From Desulfomonilia bacterium (lineage in GTDB: Bacteria > Desulfobacterota > Desulfomonilia > UBA1062), in contig CAXXDQ010000003.1 of assembly GCA_963664325.2 (NCBI GenBank), positions 576,001 to 640,000 of the forward strand: a stretch of DNA of 64,000 bases, in the 5' to 3' direction. Within the stretch, counting starts at the first letter, position 1. The number at the start of each line of letters is the position of its first letter. Position numbers and translations under genes: made by a program. The notes beneath the pieces are model-generated. The model made no database searches and was not told where the DNA came from. It worked only from the letters and a program-made list of their open reading frames with translations. This document shows, in pieces, positions 8,806 through 16,985 of the stretch.

Positions 8806-9930
8806 ATGAAAAAAGGAAGATGGCTGGTATTTGGATTACTGGGAATGGTTCTGGCGGTTGGATTGTCCGGGTGCGTTGTCTCGACCTCTCCAGGCACGGA
8901 AGATGTCATACTAATGAACCCGGGCGAAACAAAGGTTTTCAAGGTTAGCGGCGTGAATCTCAATACACCCCTAATAACAATGTGCAGGTGGTCTATCGAC
9001 AGGAAGGATGGAAATCCTGCTAAAGTTTTTGTGTACACAGATCATATAGAATTTACTGCTAATCCTGAAGGAGAGAAGTCTAACAGGGTGATAATAACTT
9101 GTGAATATTATAGGTGGTTATATGTGCCTTTTACTATTCCTGGCTATTGGGTTTTTGGATCAACAGACAGCAGTACCTGGAACATCTGCATACCTAGAGA
9201 TACCGCGCCAGTCTGGCAGGGGGATTATTATATAGCTGGCAGGACTGATGTGCAGATGCTGAACGGCTACACTGAAATCACAGGTGATTTAGATATCATT
9301 AATAGTAATTTAAAGAGTCTGGAAGGGTTAGAAAACCTTACTAATATTGGTGGGGACTTGTATATTTTAGGTAATGACGCCTTAACAAATCTATCCGGTC
9401 TTGAGAACCTTGCATCGGTGGGTGGAGACTTGGCGATTGGGGAATTTTATTATATGGGAAATGCCGCCTTAACAAGCCTGTCCGGTCTTGAAAGCTTAAC
9501 ATCGGTTGGTGGGGAGTTGATGATTAATATTAATAATGAGTTAACAAGTCTGTCCGGGCTTGAGAACTTAACATCAGTCGGTGGAGGCTTGAATATTGGG
9601 AGAAATTCCGCCTTGACAAGCCTGTCCAGTCTTGAGAACCTGACATCGGTTGGGGGATACCTGGCGATTTGGGAGAATACCGCCTTAACGAGCCTGTCCG
9701 GTCTTGAGAACCTGACATCGGTAGGTGGAGACTTGTGGATTCACTCTAATTATGCCTTAACATCTTTAGAAATGACAGGCCTTCAAAGGGTTGATGGGTA
9801 TTTCGAAATATATTATAACCCGCTGCTTTGTACATCTTTAGCCGAGGATCTTATGAACCAGGTCCTTGCAGGCGGAGGCATCGGCGGGACAAGATCTATC
9901 CACGACAACAAGGAATGCACCACGCCATGA
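8806..9930 (+). CDS. Lipoprotein: Ig-like N-domain + receptor-L/LRR-like solenoid (about 6 repeats); tandem paralog of 7388..8722
   Basis: ggagg RBS before ATG at 8806; identical signal peptide MKKGRWLVFGLLGMVLAVGLSGC; same repeat and C-cap. Confidence 0.85.
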   Translation: MKKGRWLVFGLLGMVLAVGLSGCVVSTSPGTEDVILMNPGETKVFKVSGVNLNTPLITMCRWSIDRKDGNPAKVFVYTDHIEFTANPEGEKSNRVIITCEYYRWLYVPFTIPGYWVFGSTDSSTWNICIPRDTAPVWQGDYYIAGRTDVQMLNGYTEITGDLDIINSNLKSLEGLENLTNIGGDLYILGNDALTNLSGLENLASVGGDLAIGEFYYMGNAALTSLSGLESLTSVGGELMININNELTSLSGLENLTSVGGGLNIGRNSALTSLSSLENLTSVGGYLAIWENTALTSLSGLENLTSVGGDLWIHSNYALTSLEMTGLQRVDGYFEIYYNPLLCTSLAEDLMNQVLAGGGIGGTRSIHDNKECTTP

Positions 9931-9948
9931 GGCGATAAAAAGACTGGG

Positions 9949-9982
9949 CACCGGCTCCCGGGCTTGACCCGGGGGCCGGGTG
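9949..9982 (+). repeat. GC-rich hairpin, copy 2
   Basis: Same sequence as 8741-8774, same position after the paralog stop codon. Confidence 0.7.
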
Positions 9983-10002
9983 GTTTGAATTAATATTCAG
10001 TA

Positions 10003-10068
10003 ATCTCGACGTCTCCTGGCACCGGCAATGTGATATTAATGATCCTGGGTGAAACACAGTTTTTCAAG
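10003..10068 (+). pseudogene. Remnant of a third LRR-lipoprotein copy lacking RBS and signal peptide
   Basis: Translates ISTSPGTGNVILMILGETQFFK versus VSTSPGTEDVILMNPGETKVFK in 8806..9930. Confidence 0.75.
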
Positions 10069-10169
10069 ATGAATCTGTAAATGAAATACATGATGTTGAT
10101 GATGCCAGACTTTGTCCGATAGGTGTCAACCAGTTTAAAAAGGATAATACGGGCCTTTCGAGCCTTACA

Positions 10170-10450
10170 GTGTATGGTCTTGGTTGGATGAGTTCTGAAG
10201 GGGGCGGACGATATTGGAATTACCCGTGGTTTTCAGAAGCTTATTAAAATCTTATGGTTCACTGGGAACCGCTTTTAAGGGCAGGATTCAAAAGGAAACA
10301 GAAGATTTCCTCAAAAGATAAAATGTCCTGTGGAGGTCTTGAGGTATCCGGAAATGAAGGCTTCCTCCCCGGATACCGTGCCGCAATGCTTAAACTTTCT
10401 GACAATCTTTCAGTTATCTATTTTATTAATGAGTCCTATTCTGATGAGAT
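10170..10450 (+). pseudogene. Possible degraded C-terminus of a serine hydrolase (AmpC/beta-lactamase-like)
   Basis: YGLGW (10173-10187) and GNEGFLPGY...LSVIYFIN are in the same frame, separated by TAA at 10245; motif spacing is longer than typical. Confidence 0.3.
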
Positions 10451-10750
10451 CAGAGACGAATCGAGAATCCAGCCAAAAAGATTTAGACATTATGCTTCAG
10501 CATGCGATGGGGCGCCTGAGTTGTTGAAAACTGACGGCGCTTTTCCCCATGATAGAGTGAAAGTTATCAAGCTGGAATACGTTCTATTAAAGATTGCTGC
10601 CAGTTTTAATAGGCCTTAGAATATTTGTTATTGATTTCCACTATTGAATATGTCCTATTATATAGTATAATTTAAGATCAAGTTGTTGAATGAACTTTTA
10701 ATGCTTTAATATGTATATGAACATTGTTTTAAGAAAGAGAGGTAGAAAAC

Positions 10751-11101
10751 GTGAAAAGCACAATGAGAATGGTAATGATTTTATTAATCTCCCTGATGTT
10801 TTCAAGTTGTATAATTTCTTCATCTCCCGAAGGGAACTCATTGAGCCTTAGCGAATCACAATATCAACTGTTTTTGGTTGCAGCTGCAAAACCAGCATTT
10901 CCATCCAATTCTTCCTTGCACTATAACTGGTTTATTGACGGAGTCTGGAAAACAGAGAACCCGTCAATTTTCTATTCTCCGTCTGCTTCCGATATCGGCA
11001 ATACTGTAACCATCCTGTGCCGTGTAACTGTGACGAATGACAATAATGGTGTAATAACCTCGAGTGATGACCGTAAATGGCAAGTAACAGTGACTCCTTA
11101 A
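10751..11101 (+). CDS. Small lipoprotein, Ig-like N-domain only
   Basis: RBS gagagg; FSSC-IISSSPE; YNWFIDG; ends DRKWQVTVTP. Confidence 0.75.
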   Translation: MKSTMRMVMILLISLMFSSCIISSSPEGNSLSLSESQYQLFLVAAAKPAFPSNSSLHYNWFIDGVWKTENPSIFYSPSASDIGNTVTILCRVTVTNDNNGVITSSDDRKWQVTVTP

Positions 11102-11135
11102 AATTTTAAAGCAGAAAGAGAAAGGAGAAATACTC

Positions 11136-11477
11136 ATGAAAGCATTAAAATATTTAGGATTACTTATCGTGATGTTATGCCTGTCAGGATGTATAATAGT
11201 ATCAGCTACGCCGGAACAGTCTGAGATATCGATGGACATCGGGGATAGTGTTAATTTTACTATTGTTGCATCAAGTATGGGTTATCAGGGCAGCATAGTA
11301 CAATCCTGGTATGTCAATGATATAAAAACAGGATGGTCCACGGTGAGTTTTCCATTCTTTGCACTCAGTTCAGGGACCTTTGAGATAGAAGGGAGAGTTG
11401 ACATAGTCAGGCATTTGAAAACAGGTGATAAAATAGTTGCTACCGAATCACGATTCTGGACAGTCACCGTTGAATGA
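11136..11477 (+). CDS. Small lipoprotein, Ig-like N-domain only
   Basis: RBS aaggag; LSGC-IIVSATPE; SWYVND; ends SRFWTVTVE. Confidence 0.75.
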   Translation: MKALKYLGLLIVMLCLSGCIIVSATPEQSEISMDIGDSVNFTIVASSMGYQGSIVQSWYVNDIKTGWSTVSFPFFALSSGTFEIEGRVDIVRHLKTGDKIVATESRFWTVTVE

Positions 11478-11655
11478 TGCGGTTCCTGTTTCAAGGGTAT
11501 CCTGACATGCATTTATAATGTCGGCATTGTTCAGGGATGCTGAACCGTTACCTTTGTTACGTGAAATAAAATATTTTCAGGTCTGACCTCGTTTATACTG
11601 GACTGGAATATTACAGGAACAATATATCATATGGAAACCATACACAGTATCAGCT

Positions 11656-12342
11656 TTATTTCATCTTATACCGTTTTTCATAAAGCCCGCTGTCGAATGG
11701 AGCCCTCCTGCCCGGGCAGTCCTGACGCGGACAGAGCTGGCAGTTGTGGAATATTTCTCCTGAAGCGTAGGTCAGGCCGCTAACCGATTTGAGAGGTTTC
11801 ATAAGGAAGCTCTCGTTTAGCATTATTCCTATATCGGCGGTTTCTTTTTTCATCAGGGTGAACAGTTTTGCCTGCTCCGTTATCGGCCAGTCCTCAAGGG
11901 AACCGGGGTTCATGGTTGAGACGGTTTCGGCATCCAGAATCCGTTTAATCCTTTCATTTACTTCCTGCATGGCGGTGCCCAGGGCGAGAAACATTATGGT
12001 GTCTGCCCAGAACTGTTCTAGGTAACTGTCAAACTGTGAAGACCAGTCATCAAGCTCGGTCCCACAGGTTGCGGCAAAAACAGTCAGATTCGGAGAGTCC
12101 TTCAGGTTGACTGAAAGGACACGGCTGTTAAGCGTTATGCCTTCTACGGTAATGAAGTCGTCTCCGCAATTCATAATATCCAGAACCCTCAAGGCGGCCT
12201 TTGGCTTTGCAACTTCCAATGCCGATCTGGAAATTTCAGAAAGCCTTAGGGCCAATGATGAACCCGGACGCACCTTTAACCCTTCACGGAGAAGCCCTTC
12301 ATCGATGTCAAAGGGTATATTGTCAATGATTATGGATTCCAT
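11656..12342 (-). CDS. Vitamin B12-dependent methionine synthase activation-domain-like protein
   Basis: ATCG, MNPGSLEDWPITEQ, LMKPLKSVSG, C-terminal CQLCPRQDCPGRRAP; context in a corrinoid cluster. Confidence 0.75.
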   Translation of the reverse strand: MESIIIDNIPFDIDEGLLREGLKVRPGSSLALRLSEISRSALEVAKPKAALRVLDIMNCGDDFITVEGITLNSRVLSVNLKDSPNLTVFAATCGTELDDWSSQFDSYLEQFWADTIMFLALGTAMQEVNERIKRILDAETVSTMNPGSLEDWPITEQAKLFTLMKKETADIGIMLNESFLMKPLKSVSGLTYASGEIFHNCQLCPRQDCPGRRAPFDSGLYEKRYKMK

Positions 12343-12354
12343 TCAGACCTCTCT

Positions 12355-13890
12355 TTACGGAAAATTTATAGAATCTATGAAAACCTTCTGGAAGGACGAA
12401 TCCTGAGTGAGTACAACCTCTTCGGTTAAGTCCCTGAGATTTTTTGCCATATCTTCAAACCCTTTCTCGAACGAGGCTTTTTCGGCTGCCATAAGGCTTG
12501 TATTGCCCAGGAAAACCCAGCCGGCATTATTAAATTGAGGAATAAAACCAAGCCTTCTGAAAGATTCAATATCCAGGTGTTCACCCAATGCTCCGGCCAG
12601 GACAACATTTTTTATCTCGGCTTCTTTTATGCCCGCCTTTTGCAGCAGAAGCTGGGAGGCCGCCAGGCTTGCCGCCTTTGCAAGCTGAAGGTTTCTTATG
12701 TCCATCTGGGTCAATTTTATATCTTCCCAGAGCAGTATCTCCTTGATGCCATCCCGTTCTGAATATCTTGCCGGTCGGGGAATGCCGCCATGGTTTATTA
12801 CGCCCGTTTTGCTGATCGTTCCTTCTCCCAGCAATAAAGAGACGAGGTCAATGATGGCAGTACCCGTTATGCCTGCCGGTCTGCCTTCGCCTGCCATTTC
12901 ATAAACAAGTCCATCCTGTGAAGTTTTAATATGTGTTATTGCACCGTCGTCGGCAGTCATGCCGCAGGACATGTTCATTCCTTCAAGGGCCGGGCCCATG
13001 GCGCAGGACGTTGCCATGGTCCTGCCTGAATCATCTGCCAGAAACAATTCGCCGTTTGTACCGAGATCGATGAAAAAGGTGTTCTTTTCCAGGCCCCTTT
13101 CACGGCACATGGCCAGGCCTGCAACAAGGTCGCTTCCGAGGTATGCGGCCCGTGAGGGCAGGGCGGAAACCTCTGCATTAATGAACGCATCGCCGCCGAT
13201 TTCTGCTGCATGATTACCGGTAAAGTCCAGCAGGGGAGCCTTGTAAGGTGCATAGCCTATCGGTGCCGGGTCGATTCCATAAAAGAGGCAGAGCATGGTT
13301 GTGTTTCCTGAAAGAATGAATCTGGTAACCTTTGATGGAGATATGCCTGAAAAATCGCATGCCTCTTTCGCGCTGATAAAAACCGCCTCCCTTATCAGCG
13401 ACGACATGCGTTTCATGGCCTTGGGGTCAGCCGCAGCAGCTATCCTTGAGATAACATCCTGCCCGTATCGTCTCTGGGGGTTAAGGAATGACGGAAGCCG
13501 GTAAACTTTTTTCGCTCCGGTGTCCACAAGAGACATTTTCACCGTAGTGGTGCCTATATCAGCGGCAAATGAGACTACTTCAGGTTTCTGAATTCGCTGC
13601 AGCCTGGGAAGCTCATCTCCAGTCTCAAGCGCTTCCTTATGATGGCCTTTCCTTTCAATATAAACGCTTATGTCGGTGTTGATTTCCTGCTTGCATGCAA
13701 GCACGTCATTAAACGGCTTGCCATCAATTGATATGCTCACCTTGCATTTGCCGCATGAGCCTTTGCCCCCGCAAGGGGTTTTCAAAAGGACACCCATGTC
13801 AAGCAGGGCTTCCCATAAAGGCATACCTGAAGGGAATTCTTCTTGAGGACCCTCAGGTAAGAGCTTGAGCTTAAACAGCCTGTCGGCCAT
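12355..13890 (-). CDS. ASKHA-domain reductive activator of corrinoid proteins (RACo/DUF4445) with N-terminal 2Fe-2S domain
   Basis: CGGKGSCGKC, DIGTTT, NPQRRYGQDVISRI, DLGTNGE, GPALEG, GNTSL; start may extend to 13911. Confidence 0.85.
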   Translation of the reverse strand: MADRLFKLKLLPEGPQEEFPSGMPLWEALLDMGVLLKTPCGGKGSCGKCKVSISIDGKPFNDVLACKQEINTDISVYIERKGHHKEALETGDELPRLQRIQKPEVVSFAADIGTTTVKMSLVDTGAKKVYRLPSFLNPQRRYGQDVISRIAAAADPKAMKRMSSLIREAVFISAKEACDFSGISPSKVTRFILSGNTTMLCLFYGIDPAPIGYAPYKAPLLDFTGNHAAEIGGDAFINAEVSALPSRAAYLGSDLVAGLAMCRERGLEKNTFFIDLGTNGELFLADDSGRTMATSCAMGPALEGMNMSCGMTADDGAITHIKTSQDGLVYEMAGEGRPAGITGTAIIDLVSLLLGEGTISKTGVINHGGIPRPARYSERDGIKEILLWEDIKLTQMDIRNLQLAKAASLAASQLLLQKAGIKEAEIKNVVLAGALGEHLDIESFRRLGFIPQFNNAGWVFLGNTSLMAAEKASFEKGFEDMAKNLRDLTEEVVLTQDSSFQKVFIDSINFP

Positions 13891-13999
13891 CTCTGAACCC
13901 GGGTGCTTCAACGACCAGGACTGTTCCGCATGAATTTTCCCGGAAGGAAGCTGGTAATACCCGTTGCAAAAGCCGCAATTAAAGTAACAGATAAGCCCA

Positions 14000-14635
14000 T
14001 CAGGAAGCGAGGCTCAGTTCGTCGAAGATGCGGACGGCCTGTACTGCGTTTTCACCGTAAGCGTCCGCGCCCATCTCGTCGCAAAGCCTCTGAGACGTGC
14101 AGGCCCCGCCGATTGCAACCTTGGCCTTGATGCCCGCATTCTTCAGGCCCTGAACGACCTGTGATATGTTGCTGACCATCGTGCTGAGAAGAACGGAAAG
14201 CCCGACCAGCCTGGCCCCGGTTTCTTTAGCCGTCCTGACGATCTTGTCCGCATCCACGTCAACGCCCAGGTCTATCACCTCGAACCCGTTTGCACCGAGC
14301 AGCATGCCCACGATGTTCTTGCCTATCTCATGGATGTCGCCCTTGACGGTTGCCAGGATGACCTTGCCTTTTTTCCCTGCTTCATTCGGGTCCATCTTCG
14401 CCTTGATAAGCGGCATGGCCTCGTTGACGACTTCGCCAGCCATGACGAGGTCGGCCAGGAAATATTCCCCGGACTCGAAGAGCTCGCCCACCCTGGCAAG
14501 TCCCGGGGCTATGCCGTCCTGTATGATGGCTATCGGGCTCACCCCCTCTGAAAGGCACTGCTCGACAAGCACCAGTATCCCGTCAATGTCCATTTCCTCG
14601 ACAGCCTTATTAACCTTAAGTAAACTCTCGCTCAT
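14000..14635 (-). CDS. Cobalamin-binding corrinoid protein (MtaC/MttC-like)
   Basis: GEYFLADL cap domain; GDIHEIGKNIV (DxHxxG), DLGVDV, IGGA. Confidence 0.9.
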   Translation of the reverse strand: MSESLLKVNKAVEEMDIDGILVLVEQCLSEGVSPIAIIQDGIAPGLARVGELFESGEYFLADLVMAGEVVNEAMPLIKAKMDPNEAGKKGKVILATVKGDIHEIGKNIVGMLLGANGFEVIDLGVDVDADKIVRTAKETGARLVGLSVLLSTMVSNISQVVQGLKNAGIKAKVAIGGACTSQRLCDEMGADAYGENAVQAVRIFDELSLAS

Positions 14636-14650
14636 ATCGGCTCCTTTTTT

Positions 14651-15814
14651 TCAGGCGGTTACGCCCGTATATTTACCATACTCACGCGCTGCATCAATCA
14701 TTACTTTAAGCTTGCGTGCGGGGACCGAGCTCAGTGAATGCGCAGGCGAAAGGATATACCTTCCGCCCGGAGCCAGTCCGGCAATAAGCCTTTTCACCTC
14801 TTCGACTACCTCTTCATCCTTTGAGCGGTCTGTCAGCAGGTAGTCGACTCCGACATTTCCGATGATCGTGATCCTGTCGCCGTGCAGCTTTTTTTCTTTG
14901 AATATGTCGACGTTGGATGTCGGCTCATAGGCATGGAATCCGTCAAAACCCCAGGAGATGAACGTGTCGAACAGCAGCGTGTTGTCGCCGCACGAATGCA
15001 GGATGATCTTGCCGCCCCGGTCATGCGCCGCCCTTGTGAGCCTTCTGTAATGGGGCCCGAAAAGCTCATCGCTGAGCCTGGGGTTGAATGTGGGCCCGGT
15101 CTTGTAGGCGAAGTCATCACCCTGCAGCACGACCTTAATCCCGGCGTCCATCATGGCCATGACACCAGCCATGCCTATCGAGGCTGTCCAGTCGACGAAC
15201 CGCTTAATCAGGTCTTTTTCTTTCCTGATCCAGAGAGGGGCACGGTCGAAACCTATTGCTCCGACTATGCTCTCGTGCATGCCGAATGCAGCCTGGCCGA
15301 TAATACATATGTCTTGGCCATATTGGCTCAGTGCTTTTTTAAAGAAGACATATATCCTTTCTGCGAAATCGGAAGGTTTTTCGAAGTGCGGCCATTCCTC
15401 AAAGGCCTGCCTTGATGTAAGCGCCGGGCCTTTGTACATATAGTCGGCGTTTCCGTATGCATCCTCGATTAAAGTATAGATCATGCCGTTTATGGTGGCG
15501 ATCGTCTTTGAATCGACAAGCAGCGTTTCACAGCCGCTTAATAGCCATATTGCATCAAATCCCAGTTTGACCGCAGCCCTGATATGGGAGAGGTATGAAT
15601 CCCAGATGACTTGTCTTAACAGCCGGTTGTTTATTTTCCAGCCCCTGTCCATAAGCCAGTTCATAATAGGGTTTTTCGCGAAAAAGGATGGCGGGATCAG
15701 GGGTTTTCCAAGCACTTCCTGCGATGTTCTGTCCTCCATTCCTACGCACATTACCGGCACCCTGTCTGTTTTTTCTCCCTCCAGCGTCCTGATAATCAGT
15801 TCCGTTTTATTCAT
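14651..15814 (-). CDS. UroD/MtaA-family methyltransferase, paralog 3
   Basis: DRVPV N-terminus, GDDFAYKTGP, LHSCGD, YILSPAH; start set at MNKTELII by analogy with paralogs. Confidence 0.8.
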   Translation of the reverse strand: MNKTELIIRTLEGEKTDRVPVMCVGMEDRTSQEVLGKPLIPPSFFAKNPIMNWLMDRGWKINNRLLRQVIWDSYLSHIRAAVKLGFDAIWLLSGCETLLVDSKTIATINGMIYTLIEDAYGNADYMYKGPALTSRQAFEEWPHFEKPSDFAERIYVFFKKALSQYGQDICIIGQAAFGMHESIVGAIGFDRAPLWIRKEKDLIKRFVDWTASIGMAGVMAMMDAGIKVVLQGDDFAYKTGPTFNPRLSDELFGPHYRRLTRAAHDRGGKIILHSCGDNTLLFDTFISWGFDGFHAYEPTSNVDIFKEKKLHGDRITIIGNVGVDYLLTDRSKDEEVVEEVKRLIAGLAPGGRYILSPAHSLSSVPARKLKVMIDAAREYGKYTGVTA

Positions 15815-15818
15815 AAAG

Positions 15819-16982
15819 TCAGGCCTCGTTTTCAGGATAAGCGCCGTACATTCTGGCGGCTTCAACCATAAGCTTCATTTTCGAGGCCGGAATGCTGCTC
15901 AGGCTGTGACCCGGTGCAAGGATGAACCTTCCGCCGGGCGCCAGTTCCCTGATAAGCCTTTTAACCTCATCAACAACTTCTTCATCCTTTGACCGGTCTG
16001 TAAGAAGGTAGTCAACGCCCATGCCTCCCATGATTGTCGCAGCCTGGCCGTGGATTCTCTTTTCCTTGAATATGTCCACGGTCGATGTGGTCTCATAGGC
16101 ATGAAAACCGTCAAAACCCCATTTTATGAACATGTCGAAAAGTACGGTATTGTCTCCGCATGAATGCAGCATTATCTTTGCCCCGCGGTCGTGAACAGCT
16201 TTGATGATCCTGGTGTAGTATGGTCCGAACAGTTCATCCAGAACTTTTGGAGAGAAAACCGGTCCCGTTTTGTATGCGAAATCGTCCCCCTGCAGAATAA
16301 CCTTTACACCGGCGTCAAGGACGGCCATTGTCCCCTTGAAAACAAGCTCGGAGCACCAGTCGGTGTAGCGCCTGGTGAGCTCCCTTTCCTTCCTTATCCA
16401 AAGGGGCATGCGATCGAATCCGACCGCACAGAGCATGCTCTCCTGAATCCCGGCGCAGGCACAGCCCATTATGCAGATGTCATCGCCGTACTTTGCCGTA
16501 TTCTTTTTAAAAAACCTGTATGTCTTCTGTGCGTAGTCATCCGGCTTTACAAAATATGGCCATGCCTCATATGCCTCTGCCGATGTTATGGCAGGTCCGC
16601 GGTACATGTAGGTCATGTTGCCGTAGCCGTCATCGATGAGGTTGTAGACCATACCGTTGACGTTGGCCAGGGTGTCATAGTCCGAGATCATCATGTTCTC
16701 GCCGGAAAGAAGCCACATGGCGTCAAAACCGAGTTTTATCGCAGCCTGGGTGTGTTTGCCCATTCCCCCGTTGATGGCCGTATGCGCAATCAGGTTGCTC
16801 AGGCCGTGATAATTGTTCATCACATGCTTCATGACAGGGTTTCTGAAAAGCACTTTCCCGGGGATGAGCGGCTTGCCGAAGATTTCATTCACAGCCCTGT
16901 CTTCAAGACCTGCGCACATTACCGGCACACGGTCCACCGGTTTACCTTCAAGAGTCCTGATAATCCTTTCGACCGGGTTCAT
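15819..16982 (-). CDS. UroD/MtaA-family methyltransferase, paralog 2
   Basis: MNPVERI...DRVPV, GDDFAYKTGP, LHSCGD, FILAPGH. Confidence 0.8.
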   Translation of the reverse strand: MNPVERIIRTLEGKPVDRVPVMCAGLEDRAVNEIFGKPLIPGKVLFRNPVMKHVMNNYHGLSNLIAHTAINGGMGKHTQAAIKLGFDAMWLLSGENMMISDYDTLANVNGMVYNLIDDGYGNMTYMYRGPAITSAEAYEAWPYFVKPDDYAQKTYRFFKKNTAKYGDDICIMGCACAGIQESMLCAVGFDRMPLWIRKERELTRRYTDWCSELVFKGTMAVLDAGVKVILQGDDFAYKTGPVFSPKVLDELFGPYYTRIIKAVHDRGAKIMLHSCGDNTVLFDMFIKWGFDGFHAYETTSTVDIFKEKRIHGQAATIMGGMGVDYLLTDRSKDEEVVDEVKRLIRELAPGGRFILAPGHSLSSIPASKMKLMVEAARMYGAYPENEA

Positions 16983-16985
16983 GTA

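Noticed and set aside
7900-9780. CRISPR array (conserved repeats separated by variable segments)
   Set aside because: The period is a multiple of three within open frames encoding LRR repeats, the variable parts are homologous to each other, and no cas genes are present.
10254-10619. Intact 121-aa gene
   Set aside because: No clear RBS, and it looks like part of a decayed hydrolase frame; reported only as a low-confidence remnant.
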